Shown one piece after another: positions 1 to 9,721 of a stretch of 42,975 nt of DNA. Origin of the DNA: a virus (lineage: Duplodnaviria > Heunggongvirae > Uroviricota > Caudoviricetes); IMG/VR virus record IMGVR_UViG_2563366932_000014. One strand, written 5' to 3'. The position numbers and the translations under genes are program-made. A model generated the notes under the pieces. The model had not been told where the DNA came from and searched no databases. It saw only the letters and a list, made by a program, of their open reading frames with translations. The first letter of the stretch is position 1, and each line of letters begins with the position of its first letter.

Positions 1-198
1 ATGGCACTGGACAGTTATGCATCTCCGAATATTATTCCGGAGCTAAGACAACCGAATGCCGCAGCAGGTAAGATCACGCTAGGGGGGCTGGACAGAATGG
101 CTGTTACGCCCAGTGTGAAGAAAAGAAGGCTAAGTATGGTAGAATTTCCATACGCACAGACCTTGTTATCCGACTATACAGCCTGGAAGGCACTATGA
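1..198 (+). CDS. hypothetical small protein (65 aa), first gene of a two-gene operon
   Basis: ORF starts at window position 1; its stop overlaps the next start (ATGA at 195-198), suggesting translational coupling; no recognisable family. Confidence 0.3.
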   Translation: MALDSYASPNIIPELRQPNAAAGKITLGGLDRMAVTPSVKKRRLSMVEFPYAQTLLSDYTAWKAL

Positions 199-983
199 CA
201 AATCTACAACTGGAAGAAAGATTTAGGGCGCTTGAGAAAGATTACGATGCGCTCATTTCCACAAAATATACTGCGCAGAACGTTCTCACTCACACTATGG
301 AAACCTATGTTGATTCTGGTAAATATAAAAACTGGATCGCCAGAGTGAAAAAGTTAATAGAGGACAGCTACGGAAAAGAGTCTGATTATTACAATGACTT
401 CAATACTGTAAACAGCAGGTGGTCTTCTAATTACAATACACTGATCAAAAGTTATAAACCGTTGTTTGATGCGGCGAGAGATGATCTTGCGCACTCTGCT
501 GTCAGTACTAATACTCCTCAAGAAGGTTCGCCGCTGAGCCTCGTACTTAATATTCTTAACAGGTTTCCGACCTTTGTTCGCCAGTTAAAGAGGCGGTACA
601 ACGGCCGTGCGCCGCTTGAAGTTAATGATGAGTATGACGTACAGGATTTGATTTATGCACTGCTGACGCTTCATTTTAATGATATTAGGGCGGAAGAGTA
701 TACCCCCAGCTTTGCGGGCGCGGCCTCAAGACAGGACTTTCTTTTGAAAAAAGAGAAAATTGTGATAGAGGTGAAGAAAACCCGTGAATCTCTGGGAGCG
801 GGTAAAGTTGGTGGAGAGTTGCTTATTGATATGGCGCGCTACCGCGCTCACCAAGACTGCGATACGTTGATCTTGTTTGTATATGACCCGGATTGCTACA
901 TAAATAATCCTTTGGGCGTGAAAACCGATCTGGAATCTAAAGACGCGGAAGGAAAAGTGAAGGTTGTTATTGCGCAGTTCTGA
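195..983 (+). CDS. hypothetical protein (262 aa) with C-terminal PD-(D/E)xK-like nuclease motif
   Basis: long ORF coupled to upstream ORF; C-terminal residues ..EYDVQDLIYALL.. and ..EKIVIEVKK.. fit a D...(D/E)xK pattern by eye; fold not verified. Confidence 0.5.
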   Translation: MTNLQLEERFRALEKDYDALISTKYTAQNVLTHTMETYVDSGKYKNWIARVKKLIEDSYGKESDYYNDFNTVNSRWSSNYNTLIKSYKPLFDAARDDLAHSAVSTNTPQEGSPLSLVLNILNRFPTFVRQLKRRYNGRAPLEVNDEYDVQDLIYALLTLHFNDIRAEEYTPSFAGAASRQDFLLKKEKIVIEVKKTRESLGAGKVGGELLIDMARYRAHQDCDTLILFVYDPDCYINNPLGVKTDLESKDAEGKVKVVIAQF

Positions 984-1016
984 CACGCTTAAGTGTCACC
1001 TTACAGGATTAGGTTT

Positions 1017-1065
1017 GCGGCCGTGCCAGCAGGACGAGCATGAAAAAGGCCGCTGGCACGGCCGG
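1017..1065. terminator. 13/14-bp inverted repeat hairpin between convergent genes (possible terminator)
   Basis: gcggccgtgccagc at 1017-1030 pairs with gctggcacggccgg at 1052-1065; only a weak T-run follows. Confidence 0.35.
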
Positions 1066-1070
1066 ATTTG

Positions 1071-1364
1071 TCATCTTTGCCAGGTCAAATCAAAATCTAC
1101 GTGAAAATCCGCAGGCTTAAGCTCGCAACTGCCACCACGCCCAATTAACGACGTTATGTTTACAACGTTTGAACCTGTTGAGATGGCAAGTTGAGTGTCA
1201 TCTGTAAACGTGATGATTAGCATTTCAGTCTGATGAACCTGTACTCCAGTTTTCTGAAAACCAATCTGGACAGATTTCACCGTTTTCCCAACCATTTCAC
1301 GGGCTTGATTGATAGAGTAATTAGCTTCAACTTGTAGGTCATTCCTGAACTTGGGTAGTGTCAT
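1071..1364 (-). CDS. hypothetical protein (97 aa)
   Basis: ORF with GAGGA-type RBS upstream of ATG; no recognisable family. Confidence 0.45.
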   Translation of the reverse strand: MTLPKFRNDLQVEANYSINQAREMVGKTVKSVQIGFQKTGVQVHQTEMLIITFTDDTQLAISTGSNVVNITSLIGRGGSCELKPADFHVDFDLTWQR

Positions 1365-1494
1365 TTTACATCCTCTTTAGTGAAGTTTTCGCTATTTAAA
1401 TCAGCAGCATTCCTTTTAAATCACTGGCATGTCAGCAGTGGATAGTCTGAGTGTAACGTCCAGTGAGGGGAATAAATATTGGTCAGACTTTGCA

Positions 1495-1520
1495 CAAAAG
1501 AGCCAACTATCGCGGGCTCT
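1495..1520 (-). terminator. putative rho-independent terminator downstream of the GIY-YIG gene
   Basis: stem agagcc/ggctct with 10-nt loop, followed on the minus strand by TTTT. Confidence 0.4.
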
Positions 1521-1577
1521 CTCTCATCATGTGCGAAAATTGACCACAATATGAAATCCAGTTCCATTCCGAAATCA

Positions 1578-2301
<724 letters not shown>

Positions 2302-2715
2302 TAGACTGGCCCCCTGAATCTCCAGACAACCAATATCACTTATTTAAGTGATAGTCTTAATACTAGTTTTTAGACTAGTCATTGGAGAGCAGATGATTGA
2401 TGTCTTAGGACCGGAGAAACGCAGACGGCGTACCACACAGGAAAAGATCGCAATTGTTCAGCAGAGCTTTGAACCAGGGATGACGGTCTCCCTCGTTGCC
2501 CGGCAACACGGTGTGGCAGCCAGCCAGTTATTTCTCTGGCGTAAGCAATACCAGGAAGGAAGTCTTACTGCTGTCGCCGCCGGAGAACAGGTTGTTCCTG
2601 CCTCTGAACTTGCTGCCGCCATGAAGCAGATTAAAGAACTCCAGCGCCTGCTCGGCAAGAAAACGATGGAAAATGAACTCCTCAAAGAAGCCGTTGAATA
2701 TGGACGGGCAAAAAA

Positions 2716-3735
<1,020 letters not shown>

Positions 3736-3833
3736 TCAATTGACAACTTATAATCCCTACTAGTTAGCATTATGATTTCCAGAGTGAGGAATATAAAAAT
3801 CTCTGTTTCTGGCACATAACAGCCCTTAAGATC

Positions 3834-3891
3834 GTAGCTCGCCATCATGGGGTGTCGGGGGGCGGAGGTTCAAATCCTCTCGTGCCGACCA
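3834..3891 (+). other. 3' fragment of a tRNA-Pro(GGG)-like gene (anticodon loop through CCA), probable attachment-site remnant
   Basis: ..tcatggggtgtcgggg..ggaggttcaaatcctctcgtgccgacca: T-arm GGAGG-TTCAAAT-CCTCT, acceptor 3' strand and CCA present; no 5' strand pairs with the acceptor, so not an intact tRNA. Confidence 0.6.
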
Positions 3892-3906
3892 AAAATCCCT
3901 TAAGAA

Positions 3907-3931
3907 CCAGCCTATTATGGCTGGTTTTTTT
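3907..3931 (+). terminator. rho-independent terminator just after the tRNA fragment
   Basis: stem ccagcc/ggctgg, loop tattat, then 7 T. Confidence 0.7.
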
Positions 3932-4099
3932 ATGATTGTTTTTTATGCGGAGAAATACCGGGGAATAATTGGGGTAAAACACCTTTAGGCTATTCACTTA
4001 GCCTACCACCATCAAAATCTTTCCGAATGTATCCATCTCTTTTTTCTTATGCAGCTAAAACGAAGTCTTGATACTGTTTATTTACACAGATAAGAATAA

Positions 4100-4119
4100 T
4101 ACTGTCTACAAACGCAGTA
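4100..4119. promoter_or_regulatory. LexA (SOS) box-like site upstream of the dinI-like remnant
   Basis: tactgtctacaaacgcagta matches the TACTGT-N8-ACAGTA pattern with one mismatch, about 14 bp before the ATG. Confidence 0.5.
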
Positions 4120-4132
4120 CAAAAGAAGTGTT

Positions 4133-4380
4133 ATGCGTATTGAGATCTCCATAGCCAAAGACAAAATGACCAAATGCCAAACGGCGCTGTGGACGCGTTA
4201 AAGGAAGAATTAACCCAACACATTGGCAAGCGTTATGACGATGTGGAGATGATCGTAAAAGCCACCAGCAACGATAGTTTTTCAGTTAGACATACTGCAG
4301 ATAAAGATTGAGCTAAAACTTTCGTTCAGGAAACTCTGAATGATACCTGAGAGTCTACTGAAGAGTTGTTTGTTCACTAG
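4133..4380 (+). pseudogene. dinI-like gene remnant (frameshift plus two in-frame TGA stops)
   Basis: frame A gives [11 protein letters not shown]..; a second frame continues ..[37 protein letters not shown].. then stop; AKTFVQETLNDT stop ESTEELFVH stop; the pieces together resemble DinI (recalled, not searched). Confidence 0.5.
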
Positions 4381-4675
4381 TTAGCACGTAGGAAATCATT
4401 CAATACTCGCACTATCGGAAGTTCACCAGCCAGTCGTAGCACGTCCTTGCAAACGACGTGCCTACGGTTTCAATCACCTCTCACCATCAATTCTATCAAT
4501 AATAATTAAACAGCGCCTAGACAAAATAAATAACAACAAGTCAACAACCTCGACAGGATGCCGATGGGATGATGAAGAGATAAGAAAGAATAACCAGTAA
4601 AGCCCTAAAACGTCAGCGTTCAGACGCGTTTTTTACTTAATCGGTAACAAATACGTTGTATCATAGCAAAATAAA

Positions 4676-6625
4676 ATGATTGTTCTAAATCAGATTAACT
4701 CCTCACTTTTGTACAATGTCGCTTACAGGTATACCATGAAATCCGAGACGCTAACTGTCCAACAACTTTTTCAAGACCGCCGACAATACTGTGTTCCATT
4801 CTATCAACGTGCCTATGTATGGACTCAGCAAGACCAGTGGTCAGCTCTACTGGAGGATATCCTAGAGAAAGTACAATCCCGGCTCTCGGGTACAAAACCA
4901 ACTCCCCATTTCCTTGGTGCGGTTGTACTGGAACCTCAATCAAAAAAAGGATTATTAGGTGTAGATTCCATACATATTATTGATGGTCAGCAACGATTGA
5001 CCACTCTTCAATATGTTCTGGCATCCATCCGATTAGCATTACGTGCTACGGATCTTTCCAGCTTAGAGGCTCTCATTTCGCCTTGCCTGAAAAACTCAAA
5101 CGAAGACACAATGCGAAATAAAGAAGTAGAACGCTTCAAACTGTGGCCAACTTTTCGGGATCAAACTCATTTTATTCAAAGTTTTAATGTTGAAAATATT
5201 GACGATCTCCGGGACGTATTCTCTGATAGTTTCACGCAGCATGGTACGTTGCGTAAGCATTTTAATCACCCGCCATCACTAGAAGCATTATGTTTTTTTA
5301 CTGAAGCCTTTATAAAATGGATTAAAATAGAAAACCACTCACCACAAGAAAATGCTGTAGCTCTAATTGAGGCTGTCTTAACAGATCTGAAACTGGTAAG
5401 CATATTTCTCGAAGCTGAAGATGATGCCCAAATAATTTTTGAAACATTAAATGGGCGAGGGGCGGAACTTCATGCTACGGATCTTATTCGCAACTATATC
5501 TTTATGTGCGCTGAGCATGAAAATATTAATGCTATTGAATTATATGAAAATGAGTGGAAGAGCTTTGAAGATAAATACTGGTCGGAAAAACAACGCCGTG
5601 GACGTATTAATAAACCACGCATGGAGTGGCTAGTACATGCGACATTGCAATCAGAAAGGCAACGTGAAATTGATCTGTCTCGCCTTTACAATGAGTATCG
5701 TGATTATGTAAGTAAGGACTTGTCTTCACAACGAGCAGATCTGCAAGTAAAGCGCCTCAAACAATATGCATCACAATATAAAGAATTGGTTGATGGTTTT
5801 GGCACAACCCCCATCTCACACTTTGGATATCGCATCGCAGACTATGATGTGACGACACTTTATCCGCTTGCTTTGTTCATTTCGATAGCTAACATCGCTG
5901 ATGATGAGAAAGCAGCCATGTATAATGATCTTGTCTCCTACGTAGTACGAAGAGCCGTATGTGGCCTGACGCCAAAGAATTACAACAATGTATTTATGAA
6001 TGTATTGCGGCACTTGGCTAAAACGGAAATTTCCAGTGTTGAGTTACGTAATATCCTCAATAACTTAAATGGCGAAGCCTCACGTTGGCCTGGTGACTCA
6101 GAATTTCTCAACGCTTGCATCAATGCTCCACTTTATCCTGGCAGGCTCGACGCACCGAAAATGCGCTCAATGTTAACGGAACTTGAAAGAGAACTTTGTC
6201 GCCAAGTAAAGACAGAAAAGCCTGATGTTCCAAATCTTTCTAATCTCGATATCGATCATCTTATGCCTCAAAGTTGGTATTCCTGTTGGCCTCTCGAAAA
6301 TGGTCGTATGGTGACAAATTCAGATGCTACGGTATTGAACCAAATTGTTCTGTCTGGAACCGATCTTACCCCTGAACAGCTACTGGTAAGGAAACGGCAA
6401 CAAGCGATATCTACTTTGGGAAATCTAACTTTGCTTAACCTTAGCGTAAACCGTTCTGTTCAGAATGCTGTATTTCTGAAAAAACGTGATGCTCTCATCG
6501 TCCACACCAATCTACGACTGAACATTCCACTTATAGTTAAGGATAAATGGGATGAGGATGAAATCCTGGAGCGGGGTAAAAAGTTGGGGGAAATTGCATT
6601 GAAAGTATGGCCAAAACACGATTAA
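4676..6625 (+). CDS. GmrSD-family (DUF262 N-terminal, DUF1524/HNH-like C-terminal) putative type IV modification-dependent restriction endonuclease
   Basis: 649-aa ORF; N-terminal ..FYQRAYVW.. and DGQQR motif; C-terminal ..DIDHLMPQS.. and ..NLSVNRSVQN.. His-Me finger-like; AT-rich by inspection; start may be the ATG at 4736. Confidence 0.65.
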   Translation: MIVLNQINSSLLYNVAYRYTMKSETLTVQQLFQDRRQYCVPFYQRAYVWTQQDQWSALLEDILEKVQSRLSGTKPTPHFLGAVVLEPQSKKGLLGVDSIHIIDGQQRLTTLQYVLASIRLALRATDLSSLEALISPCLKNSNEDTMRNKEVERFKLWPTFRDQTHFIQSFNVENIDDLRDVFSDSFTQHGTLRKHFNHPPSLEALCFFTEAFIKWIKIENHSPQENAVALIEAVLTDLKLVSIFLEAEDDAQIIFETLNGRGAELHATDLIRNYIFMCAEHENINAIELYENEWKSFEDKYWSEKQRRGRINKPRMEWLVHATLQSERQREIDLSRLYNEYRDYVSKDLSSQRADLQVKRLKQYASQYKELVDGFGTTPISHFGYRIADYDVTTLYPLALFISIANIADDEKAAMYNDLVSYVVRRAVCGLTPKNYNNVFMNVLRHLAKTEISSVELRNILNNLNGEASRWPGDSEFLNACINAPLYPGRLDAPKMRSMLTELERELCRQVKTEKPDVPNLSNLDIDHLMPQSWYSCWPLENGRMVTNSDATVLNQIVLSGTDLTPEQLLVRKRQQAISTLGNLTLLNLSVNRSVQNAVFLKKRDALIVHTNLRLNIPLIVKDKWDEDEILERGKKLGEIALKVWPKHD

Positions 6626-6649
6626 TGCAATTAATAAAATGATTATAGT

Positions 6650-6669
6650 GGCCTTACATTAGTAAGGCC
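6650..6669 (+). terminator. hairpin downstream of the GmrSD-like gene (possible terminator)
   Basis: ggccttac atta gtaaggcc; no clean T-run follows. Confidence 0.3.
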
Positions 6670-6720
6670 GCTACTCACTATTAAATACTTTAATTTGCAT
6701 CAAGAACAGCAGTGTCAGCC

Positions 6721-6849
6721 CTAGGTCTCGGACTTTGTACCGCTTATCTTGTCTTCAAAAATCAGCTCGCATCCTGCACAGTTCAGCGCATTACGTTGTA
6801 GATCTGTGTTCTGGTCATTTGTTGACACACGTACATAGCCAATAAGCAT
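6721..6849 (-). pseudogene. truncated 5' remnant of a Pin/Gin/Cin-type serine DNA invertase gene
   Basis: minus strand encodes MLIGYVRVSTNDQNTDLQRNALNCAGCELIFEDKISGT.., then the match is lost and a stop follows; the remaining ~150 codons of an invertase are absent. Confidence 0.7.
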
Positions 6850-6903
6850 GGTAGATCTCCCTGACAAAAGCAGGAATGATGCCATTTGCTCGTTATTTCT
6901 GCA

Positions 6904-6929
6904 TTTTCATAAACGTTGGTTTGGGAGAA
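6904..6929. repeat. 26-bp hix/gix-like inversion crossover site, promoter-distal
   Basis: ttttcataaacg tt ggtttgggagaa; right half-site is the exact reverse complement of the left half-site of the site at 8831-8856; central dinucleotide TT versus AA. Confidence 0.65.
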
Positions 6930-7370
6930 GCGGCAAAACGGAATGTGGGCAACGGGGAAAACCAAATCCCTGATATGTCTTTCTGGACGGTTACTGGTGG
7001 CAATGGAAATTTTGTGATTCGTCAACCTGACGGGCTAATCATTCAGATGGTTACTGTAAGTATAAGCGGCCCAGTGGCGATGAATGGAATGACTGATAAT
7101 GCTTATGCCATCACAGGTTCTAATAAGTCTTATATTGCCACAGCCACATTGCCCTTTGTATTTCCTAATAAGGTGCTGGGCGTTATCCCTCTGGTATCAA
7201 CAACAGCTTATGGTGGTGTATCCAGTAATATTACAGGTTCATACGCGACGGCGGTTTGTTCTTTTGCCGCTGTCAGGGGGAATAATACGATTGTGTTCAA
7301 AGTCGACAAACCACTGAATGCAGCCTTTCCTTCAGATACCAGCGTCTCAGCGTTAATCATTGGACGGTAA
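6918..7370 (+). CDS. promoterless alternative tail-fibre C-terminal cassette (Sv'-like)
   Basis: frame is open from the crossover site; in-silico inversion would fuse it in frame to the constant N-terminal part (..ALENLGLGE) of the tail-fibre gene. Confidence 0.6.
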   Translation, partial: GLGEAAKRNVGNGENQIPDMSFWTVTGGNGNFVIRQPDGLIIQMVTVSISGPVAMNGMTDNAYAITGSNKSYIATATLPFVFPNKVLGVIPLVSTTAYGGVSSNITGSYATAVCSFAAVRGNNTIVFKVDKPLNAAFPSDTSVSALIIGR

Positions 7371-7372
7371 TA

Positions 7373-7816
7373 ATGAACTCAGTATTCTTTTCACCCGGAA
7401 GTAAAAGTTTTTATCTGCAAGAATTGTTTCCAGAATATGAGGATGCGGGAACGCTTCCTGATGATGTTATTGAAATTACCAGAGAAACATATGAGCAATT
7501 TCTTGGTCTGCATCCAGAAGGGAAAGAAATTGGCGCTGACAGTTCAGGACGGCCAGTATGGATTAATTCCCCACCCCCTTCAAAAGAGGATGAGGTGTTG
7601 ACGGCTGAAATGAAAAAAATATCTTTGGTTTCAGAAGTCAATACCTACATCAATACCCATCAGTGGCCTGGCAAAGCTGCTATTGGTCGTCTGAAAGGCG
7701 AGGAACTGGCGCAATATAATTCGTGGCTGGATTATCTGGACGCACTGGAACTGGTCGATACTTCCTGTGCGCCAGATATTGAATGGCCTACGCCTCCGGC
7801 AGTTCAGGCCAGATGA
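7373..7816 (+). CDS. alternative tail-fibre assembly protein (U'-like)
   Basis: 147-aa ORF right after the Sv' cassette; C-terminal ..WPTPPAVQAR resembles the tail-fibre assembly protein family; its 3' end overlaps the convergent assembly gene. Confidence 0.65.
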   Translation: MNSVFFSPGSKSFYLQELFPEYEDAGTLPDDVIEITRETYEQFLGLHPEGKEIGADSSGRPVWINSPPPSKEDEVLTAEMKKISLVSEVNTYINTHQWPGKAAIGRLKGEELAQYNSWLDYLDALELVDTSCAPDIEWPTPPAVQAR

Positions 7817-8390
7817 CATCCGGCGCTGTGCTGGTATTTGTTGCCGTCACCGCGTCAATGTAATCCAGCACAGCGTTAAGCCGGGTTGTTTCTGCCTGCA
7901 TCAGCTTCCGTCCGGCCTGTAATTTCAGCTGAATCAGACCGATGGAAGCCATTGCAGCATCAATCAGTGACTGACGCTGTGCTTCTGCCGCGTCTACTGC
8001 GGCGCTATGCTGTGCCTCAGTATCGGTCACCCATTTCTCACCATCCCATTTATCGTATGGCGTTAATGGGGCAATAGTGGTTGTATTTTCGGGGTAATCA
8101 CCCGGTGCTGTGATTTGTTTTGATTCTCCCGTTTCGGTGTTATAGACGATTTCACCGCGATGGTCTGGCACATATTCCCATGAATTTAAATTCACAGAAC
8201 GACAGATAGCATAACCCGCCTTATGTATACCTGGTGCATCCAGACAGGAATATGCCGGGATACCAACACCAACGGCAAGATATTCACTTGAAGTGGAAAT
8301 ATATTCCCGAGTTTCACCATCATAGTTATAAACGGTAATATCCCCTGCCTTTGTAGCAACAAGTCCACTATTTAATATTGCTTTATCCAT
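7788..8390 (-). CDS. tail-fibre assembly protein (Tfa/U-like)
   Basis: 200-aa ORF directly downstream of the tail-fibre gene. Confidence 0.7.
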   Translation of the reverse strand: MDKAILNSGLVATKAGDITVYNYDGETREYISTSSEYLAVGVGIPAYSCLDAPGIHKAGYAICRSVNLNSWEYVPDHRGEIVYNTETGESKQITAPGDYPENTTTIAPLTPYDKWDGEKWVTDTEAQHSAAVDAAEAQRQSLIDAAMASIGLIQLKLQAGRKLMQAETTRLNAVLDYIDAVTATNTSTAPDVIWPELPEA

Positions 8391-9133
8391 TATGCTGCTC
8401 TCACGATATAGTTAAATGCAATGTTGCGTGGACGGGTATCGACGGGGTTAACGGCCACTGTACCCGACACGGACTGGTCATTACCGTTGCTAACGGTAAT
8501 GTTACTACTGGTTGATCCAATCCCTACTGAATCGGTAAATTTAGCACCTGAGCCGCTCAAAGTTCCCGAGATGATAGCTAGCTCCACATAAAAAGTACCT
8601 ACAGTTGGCTCTTGTGTTGACAGCACCGCACGCCTTGAATCAACGCCGCGCCCATCATCCCAGCCACGAATAAACTCACCACGTAAATCAGGCAATTTAT
8701 TTGTCGGATAAGCCTTTGCCAGTTCCGGGTATTCTTCAGCAGAAAAAGCCGCACCGTTGCATTTCAGCCAGCCTGTTGGCGGTGTGGCTGAAGGCCATGG
8801 AACAGGCACACCAACAGGTAATGCAGAGCCTTCTCCCAAACCAAGGTTTTCGAGAGCCGTTTTCACCGTGCCGTCCGATTTGATATCGCTAAACGGATTC
8901 TTGCGGCTTAACAGCAGCGCACGAAGCGCGGTAAGCAGCTGGTCGTGCCGCGCCTTCTCCAGACTGGCACCGGATGCCTCCACCACGCTGCAGAGTTCTT
9001 CCTGCAACATGTCAAAGTAGTCATCATCCAGATCGGTGGCAGGCGTGCCTGTCTGGGGGTTACCACGGGTAAAACCGTTCTTACCCGCGCCGAACTTATC
9101 CTTCTGCGCGGTTTTCGTGTCTATACGATGCAT
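8390..9133 (-). CDS. tail-fibre protein (constant N-terminus plus currently expressed variable C-terminus)
   Basis: 247-aa ORF with tail-collar-like segment ..[18 protein letters not shown]..; crossover site lies inside it. Confidence 0.7.
   Translation of the reverse strand: MHRIDTKTAQKDKFGAGKNGFTRGNPQTGTPATDLDDDYFDMLQEELCSVVEASGASLEKARHDQLLTALRALLLSRKNPFSDIKSDGTVKTALENLGLGEGSALPVGVPVPWPSATPPTGWLKCNGAAFSAEEYPELAKAYPTNKLPDLRGEFIRGWDDGRGVDSRRAVLSTQEPTVGTFYVELAIISGTLSGSGAKFTDSVGIGSTSSNITVSNGNDQSVSGTVAVNPVDTRPRNIAFNYIVRAA
8831..8856. repeat. 26-bp hix/gix-like inversion crossover site inside the tail-fibre gene
   Basis: ttctcccaaacc aa ggttttcgagag, of the form ..AAACC-NN-GGTTT..; encodes ..LENLGLGE.. 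Confidence 0.65.
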
Positions 9134-9136
9134 GGA

Positions 9137-9721
9137 TTACTCCGGATATTTAAAAATTACGTAGGTATGCGAAGGGCAGAGTTTGTTAAGCACACATTCG
9201 ACGACGGTGTCGCCCCAGATACGCAGCGCGGAATCACAGGGATCGCCACATGTCATCCAGGTGCTGTTGGTGGCGGCTGGCATGTTGACCTGCCAGTAAT
9301 ACCGCCATTCCGGCGCATTCACCGCGTCAGTACAGGCCGATGAGCAGGTGAACGTGCTTTTGTCGTATCGCGTGATGGTGGCGTCTGGTCTGCCCAGGGC
9401 AGCAAGCTGTGCAAGGTAAAAATCCTCATTGATGCCGCCCGCCAGGTTAACCTTCGCATCCAGTCGTTGCTGACGCTGGCGAAGGGTCTGTGTTCCTGCG
9501 GGAATACATTCATCCGGCAGGCCGCACAGACGCTCCCAGCGATTTATCAGTTCGGTGGTGGTGCGCGGATCCAGCTCCCGCATCAGGGCATCCGCACGCT
9601 GATGAACGCGGGTTAATGACTGTGCCGCACCGGCAATCGCCGGATCGCTGGCTGACCACGCCGGACCGGGCGGCAGCAGTGCCGACAACAGACGGATGTA
9701 ATCATCGTTTGTCACGCCCAT
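9137..9721 (-). CDS. tail/baseplate protein (Mu gp48-like)
   Basis: position between baseplate J and tail fibre; family call from recalled similarity. Confidence 0.5.
   Translation of the reverse strand: MGVTNDDYIRLLSALLPPGPAWSASDPAIAGAAQSLTRVHQRADALMRELDPRTTTELINRWERLCGLPDECIPAGTQTLRQRQQRLDAKVNLAGGINEDFYLAQLAALGRPDATITRYDKSTFTCSSACTDAVNAPEWRYYWQVNMPAATNSTWMTCGDPCDSALRIWGDTVVECVLNKLCPSHTYVIFKYPE

Larger units (their letters stand above)
6917..8843. other. invertible tail-fibre segment (Mu G-segment-like, ~1.9 kb)
   Basis: bounded by inverted 26-bp sites; holds the variable tail-fibre C-terminus and assembly gene on the minus strand and an alternative pair on the plus strand. Confidence 0.6.

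Noticed and set aside
3815-3891. Possible intact 77-nt tRNA-Pro gene
   Set aside because: The 5' residues cannot pair with the 3' acceptor strand and the D-arm region is diverged; only the 3' part is tRNA-like, so it is called an att-type fragment.
6855-6917. ATG at 6876 as the true start of the alternative tail-fibre cassette
   Set aside because: The cassette is a promoterless C-terminal module; sequence upstream of the crossover site would not be part of the fused protein after inversion.
6783-7025. 80-aa minus-strand ORF
   Set aside because: It overlaps the invertase remnant in another frame and runs across the crossover site; the translation has no protein-like character.
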